DNA from: Hyphomicrobiales bacterium
Lineage (GTDB): Bacteria; Pseudomonadota; Alphaproteobacteria; Rhizobiales; Xanthobacteraceae
DNA length: 64,000 nucleotides
Direction: 5' to 3'
NCBI GenBank assembly: GCA_003140315.1
Contig: PLJS01000101.1
Location: 4,252 to 68,251 of the forward strand
Shown in pieces: positions 26,805 to 36,686 of this stretch; position 1 is the first letter of the stretch, and every line of letters begins with the position of its first letter. Under the pieces are notes generated by a model, which worked only from the letters and a program-made list of their open reading frames with translations, made no database searches and had not been told where the DNA came from. Position numbers and translations under genes: made by a program.

Positions 26805-27680
26805 ATGGCCTCCTTTGTTCAGCTTGTGGTATCCGGCCTCGCGACCGGGGCGATTTATGCCCTCATCGCGGTCGGATTTACGCTGCTGTGGCAGACCTCG
26901 CAGACGATCAATTTCGCCCAAGGCGAATTCGTCATGCTGCCGGCGTTCTTCATCCTGGCGTCGATGAATCTGGGCGCGCCGTTCTGGCTCGCGGCGCTGA
27001 TCGGCATCGCGCTGTCGATTCTCGTTCTCGGCCTCCTGTTCAAGCTCGTCATCGTCGATCCGATGCTCAAGCACGGCGTATTGCCTTTGGTGATCTCGAC
27101 CATCGCGCTATCGTTGTTCCTGAAAGAAAGCGCCAAGGACTTCTATAGCTCGCAGGCGCAGCCGTTTCCCGCCTTGGTGCCGTCGACCGACGTTCATGTG
27201 TTCGGGGCAGTTGTCTCGACGCAAAGCCTCGCCGTGCTGGCTGTTGCGATCGCCACGGTGGTGGCCCTGCACCTGTTGCTCAACAAGACGCGGCTCGGCC
27301 GCTGTATGCAGGCGACGGCGCAGAATCCGACGCTCGCGCGCATCCTGGGCATCCCGGTGCGGCGGATGGTGCTCTACACGTTTCTGATCAACGGCGCACT
27401 CGTGGCGATCGCGTCGATCCTGATCAGCCCGATCTATCTGGCCAAATTCACCAATGGCGAGACCTTGGGCATGGCGGCGTTCCTGGCCGCTATCATCGGC
27501 GGATTCAATCAGGTGCGCGGCGCCATACTCGGCGGCGTTATTCTCGGCGTTCTCGATAATCTTTCCGCTGCGTATATCTCGTCGCAATACCGGGGCGCGT
27601 TCCCACTGCTCATCCTGATCGCCGTGATCCTGCTCCGCCCGCAGGGACTGCTCGGCCGCATCGAGGAGCGCACGGTATGA
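26805..27680 (+). CDS. branched-chain-type ABC permease (LivH-like)
   Basis: 291-aa hydrophobic ORF with N-terminus FVQLVVSGLATGAIYALIAVGFTLLW, typical of LivH. Overlaps the next gene by 4 nt. Confidence 0.9.
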   Translation: MASFVQLVVSGLATGAIYALIAVGFTLLWQTSQTINFAQGEFVMLPAFFILASMNLGAPFWLAALIGIALSILVLGLLFKLVIVDPMLKHGVLPLVISTIALSLFLKESAKDFYSSQAQPFPALVPSTDVHVFGAVVSTQSLAVLAVAIATVVALHLLLNKTRLGRCMQATAQNPTLARILGIPVRRMVLYTFLINGALVAIASILISPIYLAKFTNGETLGMAAFLAAIIGGFNQVRGAILGGVILGVLDNLSAAYISSQYRGAFPLLILIAVILLRPQGLLGRIEERTV

Positions 27681-28657
27681 ACCGCCTCGGCATCATCGCC
27701 GTCGTCGCCGCCGCGATCGTCGCCGTCGCGTTGCCCTTCTTCCTTGCGCCGTTCGGCATCTACCTCATATCGATGTGGACGGTTCTCACGATCGCGGCAA
27801 TCGGTCTCAACCTGACGCTCGGCTACGCGGGTCAAGTTTCGCTCGCGCAGGGCGCATTCGTCGGAATTGGGGCCTATTGTGTTGCGCTGATGACGCAGGC
27901 GGGATGGCCCTACCCATTCGCTTTCGTTTGCGCCGGTTTGCTGTGTTTCGTCATCGGCTGGATTCTCGGCTATCCGGCGCTGCGCGTGCAACATCACTAT
28001 CTCGCGTTCGTCACGCTTGCGTTTACGACGTTGGTGTTCCTTGTATTGCGCAACGAGGAATGGCTGACCCACGGCATCTATGGCATCGACGGCATCGCGC
28101 GACCGACGCTGCTTGGCTGGTCGACCGGCGAGGCTCTCGATTTTTATGTCTTCAGCCTCGGTGCGTTAACGGTACTGGCGGCGACCACGTGGTGGATGCT
28201 GCGTTCGCCGTGGGGCCGGGCCTTCGTCGCCTTGCGCGAAAATCCGATCCGCGCGCTGTCGCTCGGCCTCGATACCAGACGCTATACGTTGATGGCCTTC
28301 GCCATCGGCTCAAGCCTCGGGGGGCTCGCCGGTGCGCTCTATGCGCCGCTGGTGCAATTCATCGAGCCGAGCTCATTTGCGCTCGGTCTGTCTTTCAATC
28401 TTCTACTGATGGTGATTGTCGGCGGCAGCGGGTACTTCTTCGGCCCCTTCGTCGGCGCCTTGATTGCCGTGCTGTTGCCGGAGTGGCTGCGCGTCACGCA
28501 GGGCTATTATCTGATCGTGTATGCGGCCGCGGTCATGATCATGATGGCGCTCTGTCCGTCAGGTCTGTTGGGATTGGCCGAACGCGCCGCAAAAGCCGTG
28601 CTGCGGCGCGATCCGCCGCCGGTGGCACCCTTGCGCATCGAGGTCACGGAACCATGA
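27677..28657 (+). CDS. branched-chain-type ABC permease (LivM-like)
   Basis: 326-aa hydrophobic ORF with GYAGQVSLAQGAFVGIGAY typical of LivM. The stop overlaps the next gene's start (ATGA at 28654-28657). Confidence 0.9.
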   Translation: MNRLGIIAVVAAAIVAVALPFFLAPFGIYLISMWTVLTIAAIGLNLTLGYAGQVSLAQGAFVGIGAYCVALMTQAGWPYPFAFVCAGLLCFVIGWILGYPALRVQHHYLAFVTLAFTTLVFLVLRNEEWLTHGIYGIDGIARPTLLGWSTGEALDFYVFSLGALTVLAATTWWMLRSPWGRAFVALRENPIRALSLGLDTRRYTLMAFAIGSSLGGLAGALYAPLVQFIEPSSFALGLSFNLLLMVIVGGSGYFFGPFVGALIAVLLPEWLRVTQGYYLIVYAAAVMIMMALCPSGLLGLAERAAKAVLRRDPPPVAPLRIEVTEP

Positions 28658-29397
28658 GCGCGGTTCTGGAGGTCTCGAATCTGCGCAAGACGTTCGGTGG
28701 CATCACGGCGGTCGATGACGTGTCGTTCGAGGTGCGCGAAGGCGAAATTCTCGGAATCATCGGTCCGAACGGTTCGGGCAAATCGACGCTGTTCAATTGC
28801 GTGCTGGGGCAGCTCACCCCGAACCAGGGCGAGGTTCGCGTCGACGGTAGGGTGACCACTGGCATGCGCCCGTGCGATCTCAATCGCCTGGGCGTGAGCC
28901 GGACGTTTCAACTGCTGCAGGTGTTTCCGCAGCTCTCGGTGCGCGACAACCTCATCCTCGCCGGCCAGGAGCATCAAGGCTCGATGTTTTCGCGCCTGAT
29001 CGGACACCCCGATGCCGGACTTGGGCCTGCCGCCGAACAAATGATCGCGTTCTTTCGCCTGTCGCATCTGTCGGACGAGCAGGCGGGCGCGCTGAGTTAC
29101 GGACAGCAAAAGCTGCTCGACGCTGCCATGGCTTTCATGGCCGGGCCGCGCCTCGTCCTTCTCGACGAACCCGCCGGCGGTGTGAATCTGACCATGCTGG
29201 GGAACTTGCGTGACAGGCTTCAGGCTTATCATGCGCAGCGCAACGCCACGTTCGTCGTCATCGAGCATCAGATGGAATTCGTCATGGCGCTGTGCACGCG
29301 CGTGCTGGTGCTTGCGCAAGGACGCATCATCGCTGAGGGGACGCCGCAGGATATTCGCCGCAACCCCGTCGTGATCGAAGCTTACCTCGGGCACTGA
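28654..29397 (+). CDS. branched-chain-type ABC ATP-binding protein (LivG-like)
   Basis: In-frame ATG 28654. Walker A GPNGSGKST, signature LSYGQQKLLDAAMAF and Walker B LVLLDEPAGGV. Confidence 0.9.
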   Translation: MSAVLEVSNLRKTFGGITAVDDVSFEVREGEILGIIGPNGSGKSTLFNCVLGQLTPNQGEVRVDGRVTTGMRPCDLNRLGVSRTFQLLQVFPQLSVRDNLILAGQEHQGSMFSRLIGHPDAGLGPAAEQMIAFFRLSHLSDEQAGALSYGQQKLLDAAMAFMAGPRLVLLDEPAGGVNLTMLGNLRDRLQAYHAQRNATFVVIEHQMEFVMALCTRVLVLAQGRIIAEGTPQDIRRNPVVIEAYLGH

Positions 29398-29408
29398 GTG
29401 ATCCGCTC

Positions 29409-30158
29409 ATGAGCGCGACTGAGCCCGTTCTGATCCTCGATGGCGTCTTCGCCGGATACGGCAAGATGACGATCCTCAACGGCACCACGGCGCGTATTCG
29501 CCGCGGCGCGATCACGACCGTGATCGGTCCGAATGGCGCCGGCAAGTCGACGATGTTCAAAGCGCTTTTCGGCTTGTTGCCGATACGCTCGGGGACGATC
29601 ACGTTCGACGGCCGCGATACCACGAATTTTTCGCCGCGCCAGATGATCGACGCCGGCCTCGCCTATGTGCCGCAGGGCCGAAATATTTTTCCAGAGCTGA
29701 GCGTGCGGCACAATCTCGAGCTCGGTGGCGTCGCGCTGTCCGACCAGGCCAGCCTGCCCGATCGCCTCGACAAGATCATGCAGCGGTTTCCGATGCTGAA
29801 GGAGAAGGTCGACGTTCAAGCCTCGACGTTGTCGGGCGGCCAACAGAAAATGCTCGAAGTGGCGCGCGGACTTCTGCTCGATCCAAAGCTGATGCTGATC
29901 GACGAGCCCTCGATCGGACTTTCGCCGCTGATGGTGCAGGAGGTTTTCGCGATTCTGAAGGCGCTTCGCGACAAAGGCGTCACCATCTTGTTGATCGAGC
30001 AGAACGCCAAGCAAGCGTTGCAGATGTCCGATTACGGGCTGGTTCTGGAGCAGGGCCAGACCCGGATCGAGGGTACCGCGCCGAACATTCTGGCCGACCC
30101 GCGGATCGTCCAGCTCTTCCTGGGCGGCGGTCTGGCGCAGCCGGTGGCCGTGTCATGA
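29409..30158 (+). CDS. branched-chain-type ABC ATP-binding protein (LivF-like)
   Basis: Walker A GPNGAGKST, signature LSGGQQKMLEVARGL and Walker B LMLIDEPSIGL. The stop overlaps the next gene's start (ATGA at 30155-30158). Confidence 0.9.
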   Translation: MSATEPVLILDGVFAGYGKMTILNGTTARIRRGAITTVIGPNGAGKSTMFKALFGLLPIRSGTITFDGRDTTNFSPRQMIDAGLAYVPQGRNIFPELSVRHNLELGGVALSDQASLPDRLDKIMQRFPMLKEKVDVQASTLSGGQQKMLEVARGLLLDPKLMLIDEPSIGLSPLMVQEVFAILKALRDKGVTILLIEQNAKQALQMSDYGLVLEQGQTRIEGTAPNILADPRIVQLFLGGGLAQPVAVS

Positions 30159-31039
30159 ATGATCGCAAGGTCCTGGTCGGCCTGATCGGCGCCAACATCA
30201 TGAAGTCTCTGTCGCCGGCGCTGCATGCGGATGCTTTCGTTGCCGCCGGCATCGACGGCTACTACCACCTGATGGATGTCGATCGCTTGAAGGGGCGGAC
30301 GCTGCCACAGTTGCTCGATGCCGCCAAAGCGGCCGGTTTCGCCGGCACCAACGTCACGTTTCCGTTCAAACAGGATGTCCTGGCACTTCTCGACGACGTG
30401 GACCGTGAGGCGGCTCAGATCGGCGCCGTCAACACCGTCACGATTGCCGAGGATGGTCGCACCACCGGCTACAATACCGACCGGCGCGGCTTTCGTCGCA
30501 GCTTCGAGGAAGGGCTTGGCCGCGCCAGCGCGGAAGCCGCGACCGTGGTGCTGGTCGGAGCCGGTGGCGCCGGCCACGCAGTCGCCTTCGCGCTGATGGA
30601 CCTCGGCGTCGCGACGCTCGTCCTTTTTGATCAGGACGTTTCGCGCGCAAGAGCGCTGATGGCCGACTTGGGTGCACATTACGGCCCGTCGCGATGCCGC
30701 CTCGCGGCCGGACTTGAACGCGAGATTGCCGCAGCCGACGGCGTCGTCAACGCCACGCCGGTCGGCATGCACGGCTTTCCCGGCAACCCGGTGCCAGTCT
30801 CGGCCCTCCATGCGCGCCATTGGGCCGCCGACGTGATCTACACGCCGATCGAAACCGCGTTCATCAAGGCCGCGGCCGCGAAGGGCGCCCGTGTCCTGAC
30901 CGGCGGTGGGATGTGCGTGCATCAGGCAGCCGAGGCGTTCCGGCTTTTTGTCGGTCTCGAACCCGATATCACGCGCATGCATCGCACGTTTGCCCGGGCA
31001 CTTGCCGCACGCGATGCTGCGATGACCGAGCTGCTTTGA
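30155..31039 (+). CDS. shikimate/quinate dehydrogenase family protein (AroE/YdiB-like)
   Basis: 294-aa ORF with KSLSPALH, NVTFPFK (catalytic Lys context), GYNTD (catalytic Asp context) and the dinucleotide motif GAGGAGHAV. Confidence 0.85.
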   Translation: MNDRKVLVGLIGANIMKSLSPALHADAFVAAGIDGYYHLMDVDRLKGRTLPQLLDAAKAAGFAGTNVTFPFKQDVLALLDDVDREAAQIGAVNTVTIAEDGRTTGYNTDRRGFRRSFEEGLGRASAEAATVVLVGAGGAGHAVAFALMDLGVATLVLFDQDVSRARALMADLGAHYGPSRCRLAAGLEREIAAADGVVNATPVGMHGFPGNPVPVSALHARHWAADVIYTPIETAFIKAAAAKGARVLTGGGMCVHQAAEAFRLFVGLEPDITRMHRTFARALAARDAAMTELL

Positions 31040-31143
31040 TCTCGGGCTAGAAAGCAGAGGGCTGGAGCGATGAAGACCTCGATTGCCACGGCACCCACGG
31101 GCGTGAACGGGGATTTGGCTCGTGACCAAGCGCCCCAGAACGC

Positions 31144-31698
31144 CTAGCGCGATTGGGAGGGCTTTAGCGCCGATAAAATCTGCTCAACGATCTCGCGGGG
31201 CCCCGGTTCAATCGAGACGATGAGAGGATCTTCGTCCGATTCCGGCTCTTCTAGTGCCTCGAACTGACTGTGCAAAAGGCTTTGCGGCATGAAATGTTCG
31301 TGACGGGTGGCGATGCGGCGCGCGATGAGTGTCTCGCCGCCCTTGAGATAGACAAGGCGGACGTCGGTGCGGTCGCCGATAAGGATGTCACGGTAGCGTC
31401 GCTTGAGCGCTGAGCACGCGACGACGCCGTGTTGACCGGCCGCTCGTGTCTTGTCGATCCAAGCTGCGACGGCGGCGAGCCAGGGCGCGCGATCCTCGTC
31501 CGTGAGCGGAATACCGCTGTGCATCTTCTCGACGTTGGAAGCCGGGTGAAACCAATCTGCATCCTCGAACTCCCATTGGAGACGCAGGGCGAGGAGTGCT
31601 CCGACGGTCGATTTTCCGCTTCCCGAAACTCCCATAACGACTATGACTGCGGGAGCAATAGATGAATGGCCTTCCATCGACCGGAGGTCGGTTGGCAT
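31144..31698 (-). CDS. gntK: gluconokinase (shikimate-kinase-fold, GntK type)
   Basis: P-loop GVSGSGKST followed by DADWFHP..N..KM..G.PLTDEDR.PWL, typical of GntK. The ATG shares one base with the pgl stop. Confidence 0.85.
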   Translation of the reverse strand: MPTDLRSMEGHSSIAPAVIVVMGVSGSGKSTVGALLALRLQWEFEDADWFHPASNVEKMHSGIPLTDEDRAPWLAAVAAWIDKTRAAGQHGVVACSALKRRYRDILIGDRTDVRLVYLKGGETLIARRIATRHEHFMPQSLLHSQFEALEEPESDEDPLIVSIEPGPREIVEQILSALKPSQSR

Positions 31699-32435
31699 CA
31701 ATGCGTCCCCGCCGGCGTTGCGGCGCGATCCGTGAACCAGTGCAGCTTCCCTGCGGGATGAACGTTTGTCGCGGGCAGCATCCGATCCCCAGCCTGCGCG
31801 CGAGCGACGACATCTCGTTTCTCCTCACCGGTCGCTAGGAATGCGAGATCGCGGCTGCTGTTGAGCGCCGAATAGGTCAGCGTAATGCGCGCCTCAGATT
31901 TGGCTCCGATGACCGCGACCACCCATCTCCGCTTTTCCTGTAGCGCTGGTTGCTCAGGGAATAACGAGGCGGTGTGCCCATCTTCGCCGATCCCGAGCAG
32001 CGTCACGTCGAAGAGCGGTCGGGTCGAAGCGAGAATATGGGATTGATGGAAGCGCTTGAGCGTCGCCTCGTACGCGACGGCGGCTTCCACCGGAGACAAG
32101 CCCACTGTCGGAATTGCGTGAATATTCTCAGGAGGAATCGGGACCCGCGAAAGAAGTGCTTCGCGCGCCATCAGGTAATTGCTGTCAGGGTCGTCGTGCG
32201 GCACGAATCGCTCGTCGCCCCAGAACCAGTGCGCGCGTTTCCAAGGAAATCGCGACGCGATGGCCGGGTCGGCAAGACATTCGTAGAGACGCCGCGGTGT
32301 CGATCCACCCGACAGGCAAACCGCAAACTCGCGATCACTCGCCAACACCAACGCGCAGAGCCATTCGGCGACGTCGTGCGCGAGCGTTTCGGCATTCTCG
32401 AACGTGCGATGCTCCACCGATGCAACATCCGTCAT
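31698..32435 (-). CDS. pgl: 6-phosphogluconolactonase
   Basis: 245-aa ORF with LSGGSTP, WFWGDER and LLGIGEDGHTASLFP motifs. Lies in the operon with zwf and gnd. Confidence 0.88.
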   Translation of the reverse strand: MTDVASVEHRTFENAETLAHDVAEWLCALVLASDREFAVCLSGGSTPRRLYECLADPAIASRFPWKRAHWFWGDERFVPHDDPDSNYLMAREALLSRVPIPPENIHAIPTVGLSPVEAAVAYEATLKRFHQSHILASTRPLFDVTLLGIGEDGHTASLFPEQPALQEKRRWVVAVIGAKSEARITLTYSALNSSRDLAFLATGEEKRDVVARAQAGDRMLPATNVHPAGKLHWFTDRAATPAGTH

Positions 32436-33283
32436 GTCATCGCGCCTCCAATGGGCATGGCTCGCTGCAGAATGAATCGCTCGATTGCCTTGGCGAAGCC
32501 TTCGTTGTCATAGGAGTCTGTAACGAGATCGGCTTGCGCTTGCACCTCCGGGGCGGCATTGCCCATGGCTATGCTGAGGCCGCTTTTTCGAAACATCAAC
32601 ACGTCGTTCGGCATGTCGCCGATCGTGGCGATCTCTCTGGTGGGGACCGTGAGAAGCTTCGACAGTGTCGTGACGACGGTCCCTTTGTTAGCGTCAGGGT
32701 GCGTCACATCGAGATAGTACGGTTGCGAGCGGACCGCTGACGCGCCGGTGCCGAGCGCTTCCTGAACATCTTTTTCGCAACGCGCGACAAGGTCGGGGTC
32801 GTCGCTTACACCGACGATCTTCACTGCGCTACCGAGAATATTCTTGAAGTTTTCGGTGACAATCGGCGCAAACCTGACGGTCCCTTGCTCGCGCGCGACA
32901 TGCGGCGCATTGGCGTCTCGAATAAACCAGTCCTTGCCGCTATAGACCCAGACGTCCATCCCGTGACGGAGGATGATGTCGTGCGCGCGCGTTGCCGCCT
33001 CGGTGGCCAGCACATGCTCTTCCATGATGGTCATGTCTGGTTTGACGAAGATTCCGCCATTGAAGCCAGCGACCGGGGTCTGCAGCGCCAGAGGATTGAT
33101 CAGCATCGCCATGCCGCGCGGTGGACGCCCGCTGGTAATCGCGAAGGCGATCCCTGCGGTGTGAAGCGCCTTCACGGCCGCCGCGGCGCGTTCGGTCAGG
33201 ACCTTCTCCGCGGTCACGAGCGTGCCGTCGACGTCGGCGAGGACGAGCGATATTTTCGATACTTCGCGAGCGGGGCCTGTCAC
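32432..33283 (-). CDS. HAD-IIB (Cof-type) phosphatase
   Basis: DVDGTL motif I, ITSGRP motif II and GDMPNDVLMF motif IV. GTG start overlaps the upstream stop (GTGA). Confidence 0.85.
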   Translation of the reverse strand: MTGPAREVSKISLVLADVDGTLVTAEKVLTERAAAAVKALHTAGIAFAITSGRPPRGMAMLINPLALQTPVAGFNGGIFVKPDMTIMEEHVLATEAATRAHDIILRHGMDVWVYSGKDWFIRDANAPHVAREQGTVRFAPIVTENFKNILGSAVKIVGVSDDPDLVARCEKDVQEALGTGASAVRSQPYYLDVTHPDANKGTVVTTLSKLLTVPTREIATIGDMPNDVLMFRKSGLSIAMGNAAPEVQAQADLVTDSYDNEGFAKAIERFILQRAMPIGGAMT

Positions 33284-34155
33284 ACGGGGTCTCCTGCTGG
33301 TGCTTTCTCTGCCCGCAGGTTCGAACGATCGCCGCCGAGAACGAACCGCTCGATCGCGGCGGCAAAGCCATCGTCGTCGTTGCCGTCGGTGACGAAATCC
33401 GCAGCCGCCTGCACCTCCGGACTGGCATTTCCCATGGCGACGCTCATACCGCTACGCTCGAACATCGCGACATCGTTGCTGCCGTCTCCGATAACAGCGA
33501 TCTCATCCAACAGAACACGCATGCACTTCGCCATCTCCGCCAATGCGGCGCCTTTGTTGGCGAGCGGGTGCGTGACGTCGAGGTAGTAAAGCTGCGAACG
33601 CGCGACGCTAGCCTCTCCAGCCAGAGCGGACCGCACGTCGCGTTCACGCTGCGCGAGAAGCGCGAAGTCCTTGCTTACACCGACGATCTTGACGGCTGCA
33701 TCAAGTGCAGCTCCGAAATCCTCGACGATTTTCGGTCCGAACTGCACGGTGCGCTCTTCGAATCCGACATAGGGGCCATCAGGATCGCGCACGAGCCATT
33801 CCTGTCCACTGAAAACCCAGCATTGCGTCCCGTGCGCATCGAGCATGGCGACCGCGCGCCGAGCGACATCGGGCGACAGGAAATGCTTGGTGATGACGGT
33901 CAGATCAGGCCTCGAGATAACTCCGCCGTTGAAGCTGCCGACCGGCGTCGTGATTCCCAGCGGCTCAAGCAGCATGCTCAAGCCGCGTGAGGGTCGGCTG
34001 CTGATGATCGCAAAGGCAATTCCACGTGAGCGAAGCTCGGCCGCGGCGGCCGTGGAACGCGGGGTCAAGATTTTCTCTTCGGTCAATAGGGTGCCGTCGA
34101 CATCGGAGACAACGGCCGAGATCTTCGTTGCTGGAAATCGGGGAGGTGGCGTCAT
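33280..34155 (-). CDS. HAD-IIB (Cof-type) phosphatase, tandem paralogue
   Basis: In-frame ATG 34155 overlaps the zwf stop (ATGA). Motifs DVDGTL, ISSRPS and [10 protein letters not shown]. Colinear similarity to the neighbouring HAD gene. Confidence 0.8.
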   Translation of the reverse strand: MTPPPRFPATKISAVVSDVDGTLLTEEKILTPRSTAAAAELRSRGIAFAIISSRPSRGLSMLLEPLGITTPVGSFNGGVISRPDLTVITKHFLSPDVARRAVAMLDAHGTQCWVFSGQEWLVRDPDGPYVGFEERTVQFGPKIVEDFGAALDAAVKIVGVSKDFALLAQRERDVRSALAGEASVARSQLYYLDVTHPLANKGAALAEMAKCMRVLLDEIAVIGDGSNDVAMFERSGMSVAMGNASPEVQAAADFVTDGNDDDGFAAAIERFVLGGDRSNLRAEKAPAGDPV

Positions 34156-35678
34156 GACGACGGCCCGTTGCCGCCATTGATGGGGCGCCAGCGCCGGCCG
34201 TCGCGTGCCAAAAGCGCGTCCGCTTCGCTCGGTCCCGCGCTTCCCGCTGGATAGAGTGGAAGGTTTTCCGCGCGGTCCTTTGCCCAGGCGTCGAGCGCCG
34301 GCTGGACCACCCGCCATCCGGCCTCGATGTTGTCGGCACGCTGGAACAGCGTCGCATCGCCGATCATGCAGTCGTAGATCAGCGTCTCGTAACCGGTGCT
34401 CGGCGCGGCCTTGAAGTGGTCCTGGTAGTTGAACTTCATCTCCACCCCGTCCATACGGACGTTCGGTCCCGGAATCTTCGCGCTGAAGCGTAATGTCACC
34501 CCTTCTTCCGGTTGGATCTGCAGGATCAGATCGTTCGGCGTGAGCCGCTCGACCGGCGTGTCACGAAACAGTGCGAACGGCGCCTGCTTGAACTGGATGG
34601 CGATCTCGCTTCGCCGCGCGGCGAGCGCCTTGCCGGTCCGCAGATAGAACGGCACGCCGGCCCAGCGCCAGCTGTCGATCGCCAGCTTGAGCGCGACATA
34701 GGTTTCGGTCACGGAATCCGGCGCAACATCGTCCGCGCCGCGATACGCATCGACCCGCTTGTTCTCGATGATACCGGCGACGTACTGCGCGCGCACGACG
34801 TTGCGCCGCGCGTCCTCGGGGCCGAAAGGGCGGACGCCCTCCAGTACTTTGGATTTCTCGGAGCGCACCGCCTCGGCGCCGAAGCAGGTCGGCGGCTCCA
34901 TCGCGGTGAGCGTAAGAAGCTGGAAGAGATGGTTCGGCACCATGTCGCGCAACGCGCCGGTGGCGTCGTAGAACTTGCCGCGCCGCTCGACGCCGAGCGT
35001 CTCCGCGACCGTGATCTGGACGTGGTCGATGTGATTTCGATTCCACAGCGGTTCGAATATGCCGTTGGCAAAGCGGAACACCAGGACGTTCTGAACCGTC
35101 TCCTTCCCGAGATAATGATCGATACGATAGATCTGGCTCTCGGCGAGCACGCCGAGGATGTCGCGATTGAGGGCCTGGGCCGACGCAAGATCGTGGCCGA
35201 ACGGCTTCTCGATAATGACCCGCCGCCAATGCCCCTCCTCTTCGCGGACGAGACCCGCGTCCGCGAGACGCTGCACGATGGGGCCGAACACCTGCGGAGG
35301 TGTCGCCAGATAGAACAGGCAATTTCCGCCCGTGTGATGCGCCTCATCGGTCTTGGCGAGAAGCTGCGCGAGGTTCTTGTAGGTCGCGGGATCGTTGAAC
35401 TCGCCCGGCTGGTGATAGAGCCGTTCGGTGAGCCAGTTCAAATCGTCGTCAACAACCTCACCATTGCCGGATTCGCGCAGGCTTGCGCCGAAGTCGCGGC
35501 GGAATGTTTCTTGGTCGATAGCCTGCCTGGAGACGCCGATCACGGAGAATGCCTCCGGCAACAACTTTGCGCGCCGGAGATTATAAAGCGCCGGGATAAG
35601 CAGGCGCTTGGTGAGGTCCCCGGACGACCCGAAGATCACAAGGATGCAAGGGTCCGCGGGTCGTGCCTGCGGCTCCAT
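34152..35678 (-). CDS. zwf: glucose-6-phosphate 1-dehydrogenase
   Basis: In-frame ATG 35678 ([25 protein letters not shown]). Motifs RIDHYLGKE and EKPFG. Confidence 0.92.
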   Translation of the reverse strand: MEPQARPADPCILVIFGSSGDLTKRLLIPALYNLRRAKLLPEAFSVIGVSRQAIDQETFRRDFGASLRESGNGEVVDDDLNWLTERLYHQPGEFNDPATYKNLAQLLAKTDEAHHTGGNCLFYLATPPQVFGPIVQRLADAGLVREEEGHWRRVIIEKPFGHDLASAQALNRDILGVLAESQIYRIDHYLGKETVQNVLVFRFANGIFEPLWNRNHIDHVQITVAETLGVERRGKFYDATGALRDMVPNHLFQLLTLTAMEPPTCFGAEAVRSEKSKVLEGVRPFGPEDARRNVVRAQYVAGIIENKRVDAYRGADDVAPDSVTETYVALKLAIDSWRWAGVPFYLRTGKALAARRSEIAIQFKQAPFALFRDTPVERLTPNDLILQIQPEEGVTLRFSAKIPGPNVRMDGVEMKFNYQDHFKAAPSTGYETLIYDCMIGDATLFQRADNIEAGWRVVQPALDAWAKDRAENLPLYPAGSAGPSEADALLARDGRRWRPINGGNGPSS

Positions 35679-35679
35679 C

Positions 35680-36663
35680 TCAACGATCCGCCTTCGGTTC
35701 GACGTGCCCGCCGAACTTGTTACGCATGGCCGATAGCAACTTGTCGGAGAAGCTTTCCTTCTCGCGCGAGCGGAAGCGGGCATAGAGCGCAGCCGAAAGG
35801 ACATCGGCCGGCACCGCCTCTTCGATCGCCGCGTTGACGGTCCAGCGGCCTTCGCCGGAATCCGCCACTACGCCCGAATACTTTGAAAGCTTCGGGTCCT
35901 CCGCCAACGCCATCGCGGTGAGGTCGAGCAGCCAGGAGCCGATCACGCTGCCACGGCGCCAGACCTCGGCGACATCGGGCAGGTCGAGCTGATAGCGCTG
36001 CTCCTCCGGCAATTCTTCCGACGCGGCGCCGCGCAGAATGTTGAATCCTTCCGCATAGGCCTGCATGAGGCCATACTCGATGCCGTTGTGGATCATCTTG
36101 ACGAAACGCCCTGCGCCGCTTGGACCGCAATGCATGTAGCCGCGCTCGACACGCGGATCGCGCCCTTTGCGATCTGGCGTGGCCGGTATGTCGCCCGCGC
36201 CGGGAGCCAGCGCACCGAAGATCGGATCGAGACGATCGACCGCCTCCTTGGCACCGCCGATCATCAGGGAGTAGCCGCGATCGAGACCCCAGACACCGCC
36301 GCTCGTGCCGCAATCGACATAATGGATTCCCTTCGCCTTCAGGGACTTTGCCCGCCGGATGTCGTCCTTGTAGAAGGCGTTGCCGCCGTCGATGATGGTG
36401 TCGCCTGGTTCGAGCAGCGCACCAAGCTGCGTGACCGTGGTCTCGGTGATTTCGCCCGCAGGCAACATGACCCAGACGGCGCGCGGCTTGTCGAGCTGAC
36501 GGACGAGTCGCTTGAGGTCAGCACCTCCGGTGATTCCCTCGCCGACAAGCGCCTTGATGGCGGCCGGGTTCTGGTCGAACACGACGCATTGGTGACCGCT
36601 GCGCGTCAGACGGCGAACGATGTTGCCGCCCATGCGCCCCAGTCCGATCACGCCGAGCTGCAT
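35680..36663 (-). CDS. gnd: 6-phosphogluconate dehydrogenase (decarboxylating), short ~330-aa type
   Basis: ATG 36663 after AGGAGAAG. N-terminal [14 protein letters not shown] fold, plus [11 protein letters not shown] and MIHNGIEYG motifs. Confidence 0.9.
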   Translation of the reverse strand: MQLGVIGLGRMGGNIVRRLTRSGHQCVVFDQNPAAIKALVGEGITGGADLKRLVRQLDKPRAVWVMLPAGEITETTVTQLGALLEPGDTIIDGGNAFYKDDIRRAKSLKAKGIHYVDCGTSGGVWGLDRGYSLMIGGAKEAVDRLDPIFGALAPGAGDIPATPDRKGRDPRVERGYMHCGPSGAGRFVKMIHNGIEYGLMQAYAEGFNILRGAASEELPEEQRYQLDLPDVAEVWRRGSVIGSWLLDLTAMALAEDPKLSKYSGVVADSGEGRWTVNAAIEEAVPADVLSAALYARFRSREKESFSDKLLSAMRNKFGGHVEPKADR

Positions 36664-36686
36664 CGGGGTCTTCTCCTGTACGCCGC

